A stretch of 64,000 nucleotides of DNA from Thermomicrobiales bacterium (GCA_039809985.1 JBDHWC010000004.1:1405-65404); one strand, 5' to 3'; positions 1 through 9,250 are shown, counted from the stretch's first letter. Numbers and translations are program-made. Notes: generated by a model not told the origin, from the sequence alone.

Positions 1-40
1 CGGCAACGCGAGGCGGGCGATCCGTCGGCGGAAGGTGTGA
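1..40 (+). CDS. 3' end of an upstream gene, probably the partner ABC permease (partial)
   Basis: The open frame runs from the window edge to TGA at 38-40. It overlaps the next gene's GTG (37-39) as GTGA. The identity is inferred only from operon context. Confidence 0.3.
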   Translation, partial: GNARRAIRRRKV

Positions 41-975
41 CGGCTGCCAGTGTGGGGTCGGTGCCGGCGGCGACAGCGGCGACATCGCGTCCCGCTCCCG
101 ATCAGATTGAGGCAGGGGCCGGGCTCCGGTTGTCCGCCTCGAGGTCTGCGCGCCGGCGGCGAGCGCCGCTCGGCCTTGGCGGCTGGATCGGCATCGCGCT
201 GACGGCGCTGTTGGTGCTGCTCGCGGTCGGCGGGCCGCTTCTCGGGCTGGACCCCGACAAGCAGAATCTCCTGGCGCGGCTGGCCCCGCCGATCTGGGCC
301 GGAGGCACGGCGGCGCACCCGCTCGGCACCGACCAGCTCGGGCGCGACCTGCTGGCGCGGGTGGTGGCCGGGGCGCGGGTCTCGTTGCTGGTCGGCGTGG
401 TGGCCTCGCTCGGGGCGGGGCTGGCCGGGGTGGCGCTCGGACTGCTGGCCGGCGCGTTCGGCGGGCGGGTCGACGGTTTCGTCCGCTGGCTGGTCGACGT
501 GCAGTTGGCGGTGCCGTTCGTGGTGGTCGCCATCGCGCTGGCCGTGCTGCTCGGCCGCGGCTTGCCGACGCTGCTGGTGACGCTCGCGCTCACCGGCTGG
601 GTCGGCTACGCCCGGGTGGTGCGCTTGCAGGCGCGATCGGTCGGGCGCTCGGCCTACGTCGAGGCGGCGCGCGCGCTCGGGGCGACGCGGGCGGAAGTGG
701 CCCGCCGCCACCTGCTGCCGAACGTGCTGGCCCCAATCCTCGTCCTCGGCTCGCAGCAGGTGGCGGCGATGATGCTGTACGAGGCGGCGCTGAGCTACCT
801 CGGGCTCGGGCTCGGCGGCAAGACGGTGACGTGGGGGGGAATGGTCGCGGACGGTCGCGACTCGCTGCTGGTCGCGCCGTGGGGCTCGATCGTGCCGGGC
901 GCGGCGATCGCCCTGGCGGTGGTGGGACTCAACCTGCTCGGCGACGCGCTCGTCGACCGCGGGGCGGCAGGGTGA
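37..975 (+). CDS. ABC transporter permease, peptide/nickel (DppC/OppC-like)
   Basis: The 312 aa ORF is multi-pass and hydrophobic, with a typical N-terminal 'LGLDPDKQNL...PLGTDQLGRDLLARV' segment and an EAA-like loop. It is followed by a family-5 binding protein. Confidence 0.85.
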   Translation: MTAASVGSVPAATAATSRPAPDQIEAGAGLRLSASRSARRRRAPLGLGGWIGIALTALLVLLAVGGPLLGLDPDKQNLLARLAPPIWAGGTAAHPLGTDQLGRDLLARVVAGARVSLLVGVVASLGAGLAGVALGLLAGAFGGRVDGFVRWLVDVQLAVPFVVVAIALAVLLGRGLPTLLVTLALTGWVGYARVVRLQARSVGRSAYVEAARALGATRAEVARRHLLPNVLAPILVLGSQQVAAMMLYEAALSYLGLGLGGKTVTWGGMVADGRDSLLVAPWGSIVPGAAIALAVVGLNLLGDALVDRGAAG

Positions 976-1016
976 ACCGGACGACGGCAGAACGGACGCA
1001 TGAGGAGCAACCGCGG

Positions 1017-2555
1017 ATGACGACGGCAACGACGCGACGACGGGTGATCGGCGGCATCGGGGCGGCGGGGGCGTCGCTCCTGCTGCCGGGCGGGGCGACG
1101 CGGTGGGTCGCGGCGCAGTCGGCGACGCCGACCGCGTTGGCGGCGGAGATGACGATCGACCTCGGGTCGGAGCCGCCGACGCTCGACCCGGCGCTGGTCT
1201 ACGACGTCGACGGCTGGTCGGTCGTCCACTCGGTGTACGACTCGCTGTTGCAGTACGGCCACGGCGGCGACTTGCAGCCGTTGCTGGCGGAGTCGTTCAC
1301 GGCGCTCGACGACACGACGTTCGAGGTCAGGCTGCGACCCGGCATCGTCTTCGCCAACGGCGAGCCGGTCGATGCCGCGGCGGTCGCGTTCTCGGTCGCC
1401 CACATCCAGGACCCGGCCACCAAGTCGCAGGTCGCCCAGAACTTCAAGGTGATCGAGCGGGTCGAGCAGGTCGACCCGCTGACCGCGCACCTGAAACTCT
1501 CCGCGCCCGCGCCGTGGCTGCCGGCCCAGATCGCGGCGTGGCTCTGCGTCCTGCCGCCGAAGTACGCCGGCGACCCGAAGAACGACTTCGCCAACAAGCC
1601 GGTCGGCAGCGGGCCGTACCGCTTCGTCGGCTGGGAGCGCGGCTCCCGGATCGAGCTGGCCGCGAACGACGCCTACTTCGCCGGCAGCCCGAAAGGGCGG
1701 CCGACGGCGGCCAAGGTCGCCTTCCGGCCGGTGCCGGAGGGGAGCACTCGCGTCGCCGACCTGCTGGCCGGCAGCGCGGACGTGATCCGGGCGGTGCCGG
1801 TCGACCAGGTCGCGGCGATCGGGGAACGGGGCGAGGTGCTGGCCGAGCCGATCTCCGGCTGCGCGTGGGTGCGGATCCCGACCGACGTCGCCCCGTTCGA
1901 CGACGTGCGGGTGCGGCAGGCGATGAACTACGCGGTCGACGTCGACGCGATCGTGCAGGCCCTGCTGAACGGCAACGGCCAGCGGCTCGCCAACTTCTTC
2001 GTGCCGGGCGGCCTCGGCTACGACTCCGGGCTGAAGCCGTACCCGCACGACCCGGAGATGGCGAAGCAGCTGCTGGCGCAGGCCGGGCACCCCGACGGGT
2101 TCGAGACGCAGATCGCCTTCGCCAGCTCGGAGCGGCAGGACCTCGTCGAGGCGGTCGCCGGCCAGCTCGCCGACGTCGGCATCCGGGCCGAGACGGTGCC
2201 GACCGAGGTGGCGACCTTCAACGCCCAGTGGACCGACACGAGCGCGCCGCCGCTCCGCTTCGCGACGTGGCGGCCGATGTTCGACCCCTCGACGCTGCTC
2301 AGTCTCGTCGTCGCCGACAACGGGTTCCTTAGCCGCTACGACAACCCGAAGGCCGAGCCGCTGCTGGCCGCGGCGGCGATCGACCCCGACCCCGACCGGC
2401 GGGCCAAGACCTACCGCGAACTCGGCCGCGTCCTGCGCGACGAGCCGGCCGCCATCTACCTCTACCGGCTGACCTCGCTCTACGGCATTCGCAAGGGCGC
2501 GCCGCGCTGGACCCCGCGGCCGGACGACTACATCCTGCCGACCGTGGTCGAGTAG
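1017..2555 (+). CDS. ABC transporter substrate-binding protein (family 5, peptide/nickel) with a Tat signal
   Basis: I prefer the internal ATG at 1017, preceded by GAGGAG, over the track start at 831. The N-terminus 'MTTATTRRRVIGGIGAAGASLLLPG' is a twin-arginine signal. The body resembles SBP_bac_5. Confidence 0.85.
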   Translation: MTTATTRRRVIGGIGAAGASLLLPGGATRWVAAQSATPTALAAEMTIDLGSEPPTLDPALVYDVDGWSVVHSVYDSLLQYGHGGDLQPLLAESFTALDDTTFEVRLRPGIVFANGEPVDAAAVAFSVAHIQDPATKSQVAQNFKVIERVEQVDPLTAHLKLSAPAPWLPAQIAAWLCVLPPKYAGDPKNDFANKPVGSGPYRFVGWERGSRIELAANDAYFAGSPKGRPTAAKVAFRPVPEGSTRVADLLAGSADVIRAVPVDQVAAIGERGEVLAEPISGCAWVRIPTDVAPFDDVRVRQAMNYAVDVDAIVQALLNGNGQRLANFFVPGGLGYDSGLKPYPHDPEMAKQLLAQAGHPDGFETQIAFASSERQDLVEAVAGQLADVGIRAETVPTEVATFNAQWTDTSAPPLRFATWRPMFDPSTLLSLVVADNGFLSRYDNPKAEPLLAAAAIDPDPDRRAKTYRELGRVLRDEPAAIYLYRLTSLYGIRKGAPRWTPRPDDYILPTVVE

Positions 2556-2559
2556 GGGG

Positions 2560-3636
2560 ATGGCGAACAGGGTCGACCCCGACCACCTCGCGTGGCTCGA
2601 CCTGCGGCGGGTCGGCCACCTCGCGACCGCGGACGCCGACGGGACACCGAGCGTGGTCCCGGTCTGCTTCGCGCTGGCCGACATCGGCGGCGAACGAACG
2701 GCGGCCGTCGCGATCGACGAGAAACCGAAGGGCGGCGACCCGCGGGCCCTGCGGCGATTGCGGAACATCGCGGCGCGGCCAGAGGTCGCGCTCGTCGCCG
2801 ACGACTACCGGGAAGCGTGGTCCGAACTGGGGTGGACGCTGCTGCGCGGCACCGCGACCGTCGTCGAGCCGGGTGGGGCCGGGCACGCGGAGGCCGTGTC
2901 CGCGCTGCGGGCGAAGTACCCCCAGTACCATGGCATGGCGCTGGAGTCGCTGCCGGTGATCGCGATCGCGCCGACCGCGACATCGACGTGGCGCGGAGGA
3001 TCGGGCGACGGCCCGCCGTCGCGGCTCGGGGAGTCGGAACTGGCGGCGGCGGTGCGCGGTCGCCGCTCGGTGCGGGCGTTCCGACCCGACCCGGTGCCGC
3101 GCGGGATCGTCGAACGGGCGATCGAGGCGGCGAGCTGGGCCCCGTCGCCGCACGGGCGGCAGCCGTGGCGCTTCGCCGTGGTCGAGGCACAGGCGCGGCG
3201 GGCCGCGCTGGCCGAGGCGATGGCCGCGACGTGGCAGGCGCAACTGGAACTGGACGGTCAGGACGCCGCGACGGTGCAGGCCCGTCTCCGCAAGAGCAAG
3301 GAGCGGTTGCGACAGGCCCCGGTGCTGGTGGTCGCCTGCCTCTACCTCGCCGACCTCGACGTCTACCCGGACGCGCAGCGGCAGGCGGACGAGGCGACGA
3401 TGGCCGTCCAGAGTCTCGGGGCCGCCGTCCAGAACCTGCTGCTCAGCCTCTACGCGGCCGGCGTCGACGGCGGCTGGATGTGCGCGCCGCTCTTCTGCCC
3501 GGAGATCGTGCGGCGGCATCTCGGCTTGGCCGAGGGACTGGTGCCGCACGCGCTGGTCGCCGTCGGCTACGCGGCGCGGGATCCGGTCAGGCGGCCGAGG
3601 CTGCCCCTCGACCGCCTGATCGTGTCGTGGGAGTGA
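2560..3636 (+). CDS. Fusion protein: PPOX-class (Rv0121-like) F420-dependent domain plus nitroreductase-like (FbiB C-terminal-like) domain
   Basis: The N-terminal ~145 aa carry 'VGHLATADADGTPSVVPVCF...IDEKPK...LRRLRNI...PEVALVADDY.E.WS.LGW'. The C-terminal ~200 aa carry 'RGRRSVRAFRPDPVP...IEAASWAPSPHGRQPWRF'. Confidence 0.7.
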   Translation: MANRVDPDHLAWLDLRRVGHLATADADGTPSVVPVCFALADIGGERTAAVAIDEKPKGGDPRALRRLRNIAARPEVALVADDYREAWSELGWTLLRGTATVVEPGGAGHAEAVSALRAKYPQYHGMALESLPVIAIAPTATSTWRGGSGDGPPSRLGESELAAAVRGRRSVRAFRPDPVPRGIVERAIEAASWAPSPHGRQPWRFAVVEAQARRAALAEAMAATWQAQLELDGQDAATVQARLRKSKERLRQAPVLVVACLYLADLDVYPDAQRQADEATMAVQSLGAAVQNLLLSLYAAGVDGGWMCAPLFCPEIVRRHLGLAEGLVPHALVAVGYAARDPVRRPRLPLDRLIVSWE

Positions 3637-3642
3637 GGCCGC

Positions 3643-4914
3643 TCACCCCTCGGCGACGCCGCACCAGCGGAGCATGAAGGCCCCCAGCACTTTCGCGGTC
3701 GGCCCCATCGTGTCGAGGTCGAGCCACTCGTCCGCCGCGTGCATGTTCTGGCCGTTCGCGCCGTAGCAGGCCGACGGGATGCCGGCGAAGTTGAAGTAGC
3801 GCATGTCGTTGACGCCCGTGCCGGAACGCGGCTGCGGTCGGCTGCCGGTCACCTCCACGGCGCAGTCGGACAGCAGGCGGAGGAACGGCTCGTCGGCGGA
3901 AACGGTCGAGCCGGCCGTCTGAAAGCCGTCCCAGGTGATGGTCGGCGGATGCTCGCGCAGCCAAGGGTCGGCGAGCGCGGCGTCGCGGACCGCGGCCTCG
4001 ACCGCGGCACGGGTCTCGGCGACCGAGACGCCGGGGTAGAAACTGAGCCGGCAGTGGAGTTCGCAAGCGCCGGGCACGGTGCTCGGCCAGTCGCCGCCTC
4101 GGATGACGCCGATGTTGAGGTTGATCGGGTGCTCGACTCCGGCGAAGGCCGGGTGCGTCGTCTCGTTCAGGGTGGCGTCGAGGCGTTGCAGCGCCTCGAT
4201 CAGCGGCACCGCCTTGACGATCGCGTTGACCCCGCGCCACGCCATCGCGGCGTGTTCGGAGACGCCCTCGATGCCGACCCGGAACCAGAGGACGCCGACG
4301 TGGGCGAGGGTGAACGCGCCGCCGGTCGGCTCGGTGACGACCGCCGCGTCGGCCCGGTGGCGGAGACTGGCGGCGAGCGCGCCGTTGCCGGTGCACTCCT
4401 CCTCGATCACGCTCTGGACGATCACGTCCCCGGCGAGAACGATCCCGAGTTCGCGGACGAGCTTGGGCAGGAAGACGTTGAGGGCCACTCCGCTCTTCAT
4501 GTCGTACGCGCCGCGGCCGTAGAGGCGGTTGCCGACGATCTCTGCCCCCCACGGGTCGCGGCTCCACGCCGAGACCGGCTCCGGGCTGACGACGTCGATG
4601 TGCCCGTTCAGGATCAGCGAACGGCCGCCGCCGGCCCCGGCCAGCGTGCCGGAGACGTTGGGACGGCCGGCGAACGGGACGCCGCTGTCACCCGCGTTCT
4701 CGAGGTCGCGCAGGTCGTCCGGCAGGTCCCAGACCTCGGTCGCGAGGCCGGCGCGCTCGAGGTAGGACGCGAGGTAGCGCTGCGGCGGCGCCTCGTTCCC
4801 CAGCGTGCTCGGGAAGCGGACGAGGTCGGCGACGAGGGACGTCAGTTCGTCCCGTCGGGCGTCGATTTCGGCCCATAGTCGACGGACGGCGACCTCGGTT
4901 CGGTCGGTGCTCAC
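3643..4914 (-). CDS. M20 family metallopeptidase / ArgE-DapE-like deacylase
   Basis: The start is GTG at 4914 with GGAG upstream, and the track ORF extends artificially to 5151. Motifs seen are 'LILNGHIDVV', 'GRGAYDMKSG' and 'EEECTGNGA'. Confidence 0.8.
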   Translation of the reverse strand: MSTDRTEVAVRRLWAEIDARRDELTSLVADLVRFPSTLGNEAPPQRYLASYLERAGLATEVWDLPDDLRDLENAGDSGVPFAGRPNVSGTLAGAGGGRSLILNGHIDVVSPEPVSAWSRDPWGAEIVGNRLYGRGAYDMKSGVALNVFLPKLVRELGIVLAGDVIVQSVIEEECTGNGALAASLRHRADAAVVTEPTGGAFTLAHVGVLWFRVGIEGVSEHAAMAWRGVNAIVKAVPLIEALQRLDATLNETTHPAFAGVEHPINLNIGVIRGGDWPSTVPGACELHCRLSFYPGVSVAETRAAVEAAVRDAALADPWLREHPPTITWDGFQTAGSTVSADEPFLRLLSDCAVEVTGSRPQPRSGTGVNDMRYFNFAGIPSACYGANGQNMHAADEWLDLDTMGPTAKVLGAFMLRWCGVAEG

Positions 4915-4946
4915 CGGGAGATGCTCCTTCTCGCGTGCGCGCCGCG

Positions 4947-5726
4947 TCAGCCGGGGACGTTCCCGCCGTCGACGTTCAGCGTCTGCTGCGTGATGTAGTC
5001 GGCGTCGGGCGAGACGAGGAAGGCGACCGCGTTGGCGACGTCTTCCGGCTGCTCGATCCGGCCGAGCGGGATCGCGTCGACCGCCCGCTTGCGGGCCGCG
5101 CCGGGGGCGAGTCCCTCGTACTTGGCGAACTCGCGGTCGACGACATCCCACATCGGGGTGTCGACGATGCCGGGGGCGACGGCGTTGACCGTGATCCCGT
5201 GCGGCGCGAAGGCGAGCGCCATCGACTGGGTCATGCTGATGACGGCCGCCTTCGAGGCGCAGTAGGCGAGCACCAGCGGCTCGCCGCGGCGGCCGGCCTG
5301 CGACGAGAGGTTGACGATCTTGCCGCCGCCGCCTTGGGCGATCATCTGGCGGGCGGCGGCCTGGGCGCAGAAGAGGACGCCCTTGCAGTTGACGTCGACG
5401 TTGAAGTCCCAGATCGCCTCGGTCGTCTCGAGCACCGGGGCCATCCGGAAGACGCCCGCGTTGTTGACCAGAATGTCGACCCGGCCAAACCGCTCGACCG
5501 TCTGCGCCACCATCCGTTCCGTCTGCGGCACGTCTCGGACATCGACGGCGACGCCGACCGCCTCGCCGCCACCGGCGGCGATCTCGGCCGCCACGGCGTT
5601 CGCGCTGTCGACGTTGTAGTCCGCGACGACGACCTTTGCGCCGTCCGCGGCGATTCGCCGGCAGATCGCGCGCCCGATTCCCGAGCCGCCGCCGGTGACG
5701 ATCGCGACCTTCCCTGACAGTTTCAT
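4947..5726 (-). CDS. Short-chain dehydrogenase/reductase (SDR)
   Basis: The start is ATG at 5726. Motifs seen are 'GKVAIVTGGGSGIGRA' (TGxxxGxG), 'NNAG' and 'YCASKAA' (YxxxK). Confidence 0.9.
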   Translation of the reverse strand: MKLSGKVAIVTGGGSGIGRAICRRIAADGAKVVVADYNVDSANAVAAEIAAGGGEAVGVAVDVRDVPQTERMVAQTVERFGRVDILVNNAGVFRMAPVLETTEAIWDFNVDVNCKGVLFCAQAAARQMIAQGGGGKIVNLSSQAGRRGEPLVLAYCASKAAVISMTQSMALAFAPHGITVNAVAPGIVDTPMWDVVDREFAKYEGLAPGAARKRAVDAIPLGRIEQPEDVANAVAFLVSPDADYITQQTLNVDGGNVPG

Positions 5727-5922
5727 CGACCCGACCTCCGTGCCAGCCCGCGCCACGGCGCGAGCGCGATCATAGCCGAGCGATGTCAAGGGTCGTGCCA
5801 CCGGCGCAGGGCCGTGGCATCGGCCAGAATCGGCCGTGCCAGCCGGCCCGGAAGCCGAACCCGGCAGTGCGACCGGAGCCCGAGCACGGCACGGTCCGGG
5901 GCGGCTGGGGTACGCTTCGCGC

Positions 5923-6453
5923 ATGACCACGATGCATCCCCACCCACTAGGTCGACGACCGGGCGCACGGCGCGCCGTCGGTCGCCGGACGCTGCTGCAA
6001 GTCGCGCTCGGCGGGGCCGGGCTGGCGCTGGTCGGCTGCACCGCGCCCGTCATCGGCAACTCGGGCGGCTCCGGCAGTCTGGACCTCTTGGCGAAACCGG
6101 CCGAGGATGTCTGGCCGGAGATGTTCCACCAAGCGCCCGTCTCGGTGCAGGAGGTCTACCGCTACGCGGTCGCCCACCACGACGAGTTGCAGTGGATGCC
6201 GTGCTTCTGCGGCTGCGTCGACCAAGGCCACAAGAACAACTTCGACTGCTACGTCAGCGAGGTTCGCGACGACGGGTCGGTGGTGATCGACCCGATGGGC
6301 TTCGGCTGAGGGGTCTGCCAAGACGTCGCGCGTAGCGTGATGAAGCAGCGACCCGAAGGCAAGAGCCTCCTCGAGATCCGGCAGTACGTCGACAAGACGT
6401 TCGGCTCGGTCGGTCCCTCGACCAAGACGCCGATGCCGCCGGAGGGGATTTGA
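5923..6453 (+). CDS. PCYCGC-motif lipoprotein with an in-frame UGA (candidate selenocysteine) at 6307-6309
   Basis: The signal 'RRTLLQVALGGAGLALVGC' looks like a Tat/lipobox. The core is 'PCFCGCVDQGHKNNFDCYV'. The track ORF stops at TGA 6307. The same frame continues with high GC3 ('GVCQDVARSVMKQ...IRQYVDKTFG') to TGA 6451-6453, exactly where the next gene starts. Confidence 0.6.
6307..6352 (+). promoter_or_regulatory. In-frame UGA plus a downstream hairpin (candidate bacterial SECIS)
   Basis: The UGA at 6307-6309 is followed by a stem at 6325-6331 / 6345-6352 (GUCGCGC with GCAGCGAC, one bulge). The loop is ~13 nt and contains GU. I folded it by eye only. Confidence 0.35.
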
Positions 6454-7151
6454 CCGGCGGCCCCGGAGCGCTGACGGCGCAGGTCGGACCAACCGTGGTC
6501 GACGCGGTGCCGTTGCCGGGGACTGACGTCGTCTTCTCGATCGTGCGGCCGGACGACATGGACCGGTTGCTCGATCGGGCCGCGGACGACCCGGAGCAGA
6601 ATCTTCCCTACTGGGCCGAACTCTGGCCGAGCGGCATCGCGCTTGCCGCCGCCATCTCGACCGGCGGGATCGCGGTCGCGGGCGTGCCGTGCCTGGAACT
6701 GGGCTGCGGGCTGGGCGTCACCGCGGCGGCGGTGCTGCGCGCGGGCGCGAACCTGCTCGCGACCGACTACGCGGCGGAGTCGCTGGCGCTCTGCCGCACG
6801 AACTGCCTCGCCAACGCCGGGCGCGAGCCGGCGACCCTGCGCTGCAACTGGCGCGAGCCGGACGCGGTGCCGCTCGCCCCGGGCGGGGCCAGCTGGCCGC
6901 TGGTCCTCGCCGCCGACGTGCTGTACGAGCGGCGGGACGTCGAGCCGTTGCTCGGGCTGGTCGAGCGGCTGGTCGCTCCCGGCGGCGCGCTCTGGCTGGC
7001 GGAGCCGGGCCGACCGCCGGCGACGGCGTTCCTCGACGCGCTGCGGCTCGGCGGCTGGGCCGACCGGGTCACCGAATGCTCCGGGCCGTGGCCAGACCCG
7101 AAGGACGACGGCGTCGTGGTGCGGCTCCACCGGCTGGCCCGCGCCATGTAG
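6450..7151 (+). CDS. Class I SAM-dependent methyltransferase (Methyltransf_16 / lysine-MTase-like)
   Basis: It contains 'LELGCGLGVTAAAVLRAGANLLATDY' (motif I plus an acidic post-I) and 'LVLAADVLYE'. Its TTG start overlaps the upstream stop as TTGA. Confidence 0.75.
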   Translation: MTGGPGALTAQVGPTVVDAVPLPGTDVVFSIVRPDDMDRLLDRAADDPEQNLPYWAELWPSGIALAAAISTGGIAVAGVPCLELGCGLGVTAAAVLRAGANLLATDYAAESLALCRTNCLANAGREPATLRCNWREPDAVPLAPGGASWPLVLAADVLYERRDVEPLLGLVERLVAPGGALWLAEPGRPPATAFLDALRLGGWADRVTECSGPWPDPKDDGVVVRLHRLARAM

Positions 7152-7157
7152 CGAACG

Positions 7158-7184
7158 GCGGGGGCGGCCATCGGCCGCCCCCGC
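7158..7184. terminator. Bidirectional GC hairpin between convergent genes
   Basis: GCGGGGGCGGCC-ATC-GGCCGCCCCCGC forms a perfect 12-bp stem. Confidence 0.6.
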
Positions 7185-7211
7185 GTCGTCGCTCTGCCTG
7201 CTGGCGGCGGG

Positions 7212-8822
7212 CTACTCGCCCGCTTTCTCCTCGGCGAAGACGTCCTCCTCGGCGCTGTCGGTGACGATGGTCTGACTCTGCTCGCGCAGGAACTGCTGGA
7301 CGTAGTAGGGGCCGAGGCCGCCCTTGCCGGTGCTGCCGCTGGCCTTCCAGCCGGCGAACGACTGACAGCCGGGCCACGCGCCAGTGGTCGAGCCGCCCTT
7401 CCGGTTGGCGTAGACGACGCCGGCCTCGATCCGGTCGAAGAAGTGCCGAATCTCCCCCTTGTCCTCCGTGAAGATGCCGGCGGTCAGCCCGTACTCGGTG
7501 TCGTTGGCGAGGTCGATCGCCTGGTCGAGGCTGTCGACCGGCGCGGCCACCACCAGCGGCAGGAAGAGTTCCTGCTTGAAGAGGACGTGGTCGGTCGGCA
7601 GCCCGTCGATCACGGTCGGGGCGACGAAGGTGCCGTGGTCGTAGTCGCCGCCGGCGAGGCGCTCGCCGCCGACTCGGACCGTGCCGCCTTTCGCCGAGGC
7701 GACCGCCGTCTCGAACCGCTCCACCGCCTTCTCGTCCACCACCGGGCCGACGTAGACGTCGCGCTCGGCGGGGTTCCCCACCTTCATCTGCTTCGTCCGC
7801 TCGGTCAGGCGGTGCATGAACTCGTCGTAGACCGGCCGCTCGACGTAGACGCGGGAGCAGGCCGAGCATTTCTGGCCGGAATAGCCGAAGGCGGAGCGGG
7901 CGACCCCCTCGACCGCCTTGTCGAGGTCGGCGTTGCGGGTCACGATCGTCGGGTTCTTGCCCCCCATCTCGGTGATGCACGGCTTCGGGAAGTCGACCGA
8001 GACCCGGTCGAAGAGGTCGAGGCCGACGTCCTTGGAGCCGGTGAAGATGACGCCGTCGACGTCCTTGTGCAGGGCCAGCCGCTCGCCGACCTCGCTGCCG
8101 GAACCGGTCACGAAGTTGAAGACGCCGTCCGGCACCCCCGCCTGCTGGTAGATGCGGGCCAGTTCGTAGCCGGCGAGCGGGGTGGCGCTGGCCGGCTTGT
8201 AGACCACGGTGTTGCCGGCCACGAGCGCGCCCGAGCTCATTCCGGCCGAGAGGGCGTGCGGGAAGTTGAACGGCGCGAGGACCGCCCAGACGCCGAACGG
8301 GCGAAGCACCGAGCGGTTCCGCTCGGCGGGGTCGAGCGAGGCGAGGCGGCGCTGGAAGCCGTGGTTCTCGGCCAGTTGGTTGGCGTAGGTCTCGATCAGG
8401 TCGGCGCCTTCCTCAACCTCGCCGATCGCCTCGGAGCGGTTCTTGCCGGCCTCGACGATCAGCATCGCCGAGAGTTCGTACTTGCGCTCCCGGATCAGGT
8501 CGGCGGCCCGGCGCATGATCTCGACCCGTTCCCGGAAGGGGCGGCCCGACCAGGCCGGGAAGGCGGCGCGCGCAGCCGCCACGGCGTCGTCGACGTCCTG
8601 CGCGGTCCCCTTCGCGAAGCGGCCGACGAGCACTCGATGGTCGGCCGGGGCGTGGACCTCGAAGGTGCGTTTGGTGTCTCGGTCCTTGCCGTTGATGATC
8701 AACGGGTACGTCGCGCCGAGCGCGCTGCTGACGTTGGCGAGCGCCTCGTCGAACGCTTTGTGCATCGACTCCAGCTGTTCCGGGGTCGCGGTGTAGGTGA
8801 TCTTCTCGGTGGCAGCGGTCAT
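7212..8822 (-). CDS. pruA: Aldehyde dehydrogenase family, L-glutamate gamma-semialdehyde (P5C) dehydrogenase-like
   Basis: The 536 aa ORF carries 'FTGS', 'EMGGKNP' and 'GQKCSACSR' (catalytic Glu/Cys). Its overall layout matches single-domain P5CDH. Confidence 0.8.
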   Translation of the reverse strand: MTAATEKITYTATPEQLESMHKAFDEALANVSSALGATYPLIINGKDRDTKRTFEVHAPADHRVLVGRFAKGTAQDVDDAVAAARAAFPAWSGRPFRERVEIMRRAADLIRERKYELSAMLIVEAGKNRSEAIGEVEEGADLIETYANQLAENHGFQRRLASLDPAERNRSVLRPFGVWAVLAPFNFPHALSAGMSSGALVAGNTVVYKPASATPLAGYELARIYQQAGVPDGVFNFVTGSGSEVGERLALHKDVDGVIFTGSKDVGLDLFDRVSVDFPKPCITEMGGKNPTIVTRNADLDKAVEGVARSAFGYSGQKCSACSRVYVERPVYDEFMHRLTERTKQMKVGNPAERDVYVGPVVDEKAVERFETAVASAKGGTVRVGGERLAGGDYDHGTFVAPTVIDGLPTDHVLFKQELFLPLVVAAPVDSLDQAIDLANDTEYGLTAGIFTEDKGEIRHFFDRIEAGVVYANRKGGSTTGAWPGCQSFAGWKASGSTGKGGLGPYYVQQFLREQSQTIVTDSAEEDVFAEEKAGE

Positions 8823-8860
8823 GACGGCTCCTTGGATCGCTTGCGGCAGGCGCGTGACGA

Positions 8861-9250
8861 CTACTCGTACGGCCCGAGGATCTGCGTCAGCTCGACCCGG
8901 TTGCCGAACGGGTCGTGGACGAAGAATCGGGGCCGGTTGTGGATGACGTCGGTCTCCTCGACCGCGACGCCGTGCTGGCCGAGCCGGCGGCGGAACCCCT
9001 CGATGTCGTCGACTTGCAGGCAGAGGTGCTGGCCCGGCGAGTTGGGACCGAATCCTTCCTCAGTGAAGCAATGCACTTCGTGCCCGTCGTCGCCCGCCCG
9101 GAACCAGGCGAGCCTCAGGTGCCGGAGCGAGGCGGGCGGTGGCACCTCGGCCAGCCCGAGCGCCCCGCCGTAGAACGCGCGGGCGGCCTCCTCGCCGCCG
9201 GGCGGCATCGGCACGCTGGCGTGCTGCAGTCGTTGCACCGTTGCCATCAC
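8861..9250 (-). CDS. VOC / glyoxalase-bleomycin resistance family protein
   Basis: The 129 aa ORF has 'LQHASVPMP...FYGGALGL' and a C-terminal 'FFVHDPFGNRVEL'. Confidence 0.8.
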   Translation of the reverse strand: MMATVQRLQHASVPMPPGGEEAARAFYGGALGLAEVPPPASLRHLRLAWFRAGDDGHEVHCFTEEGFGPNSPGQHLCLQVDDIEGFRRRLGQHGVAVEETDVIHNRPRFFVHDPFGNRVELTQILGPYE

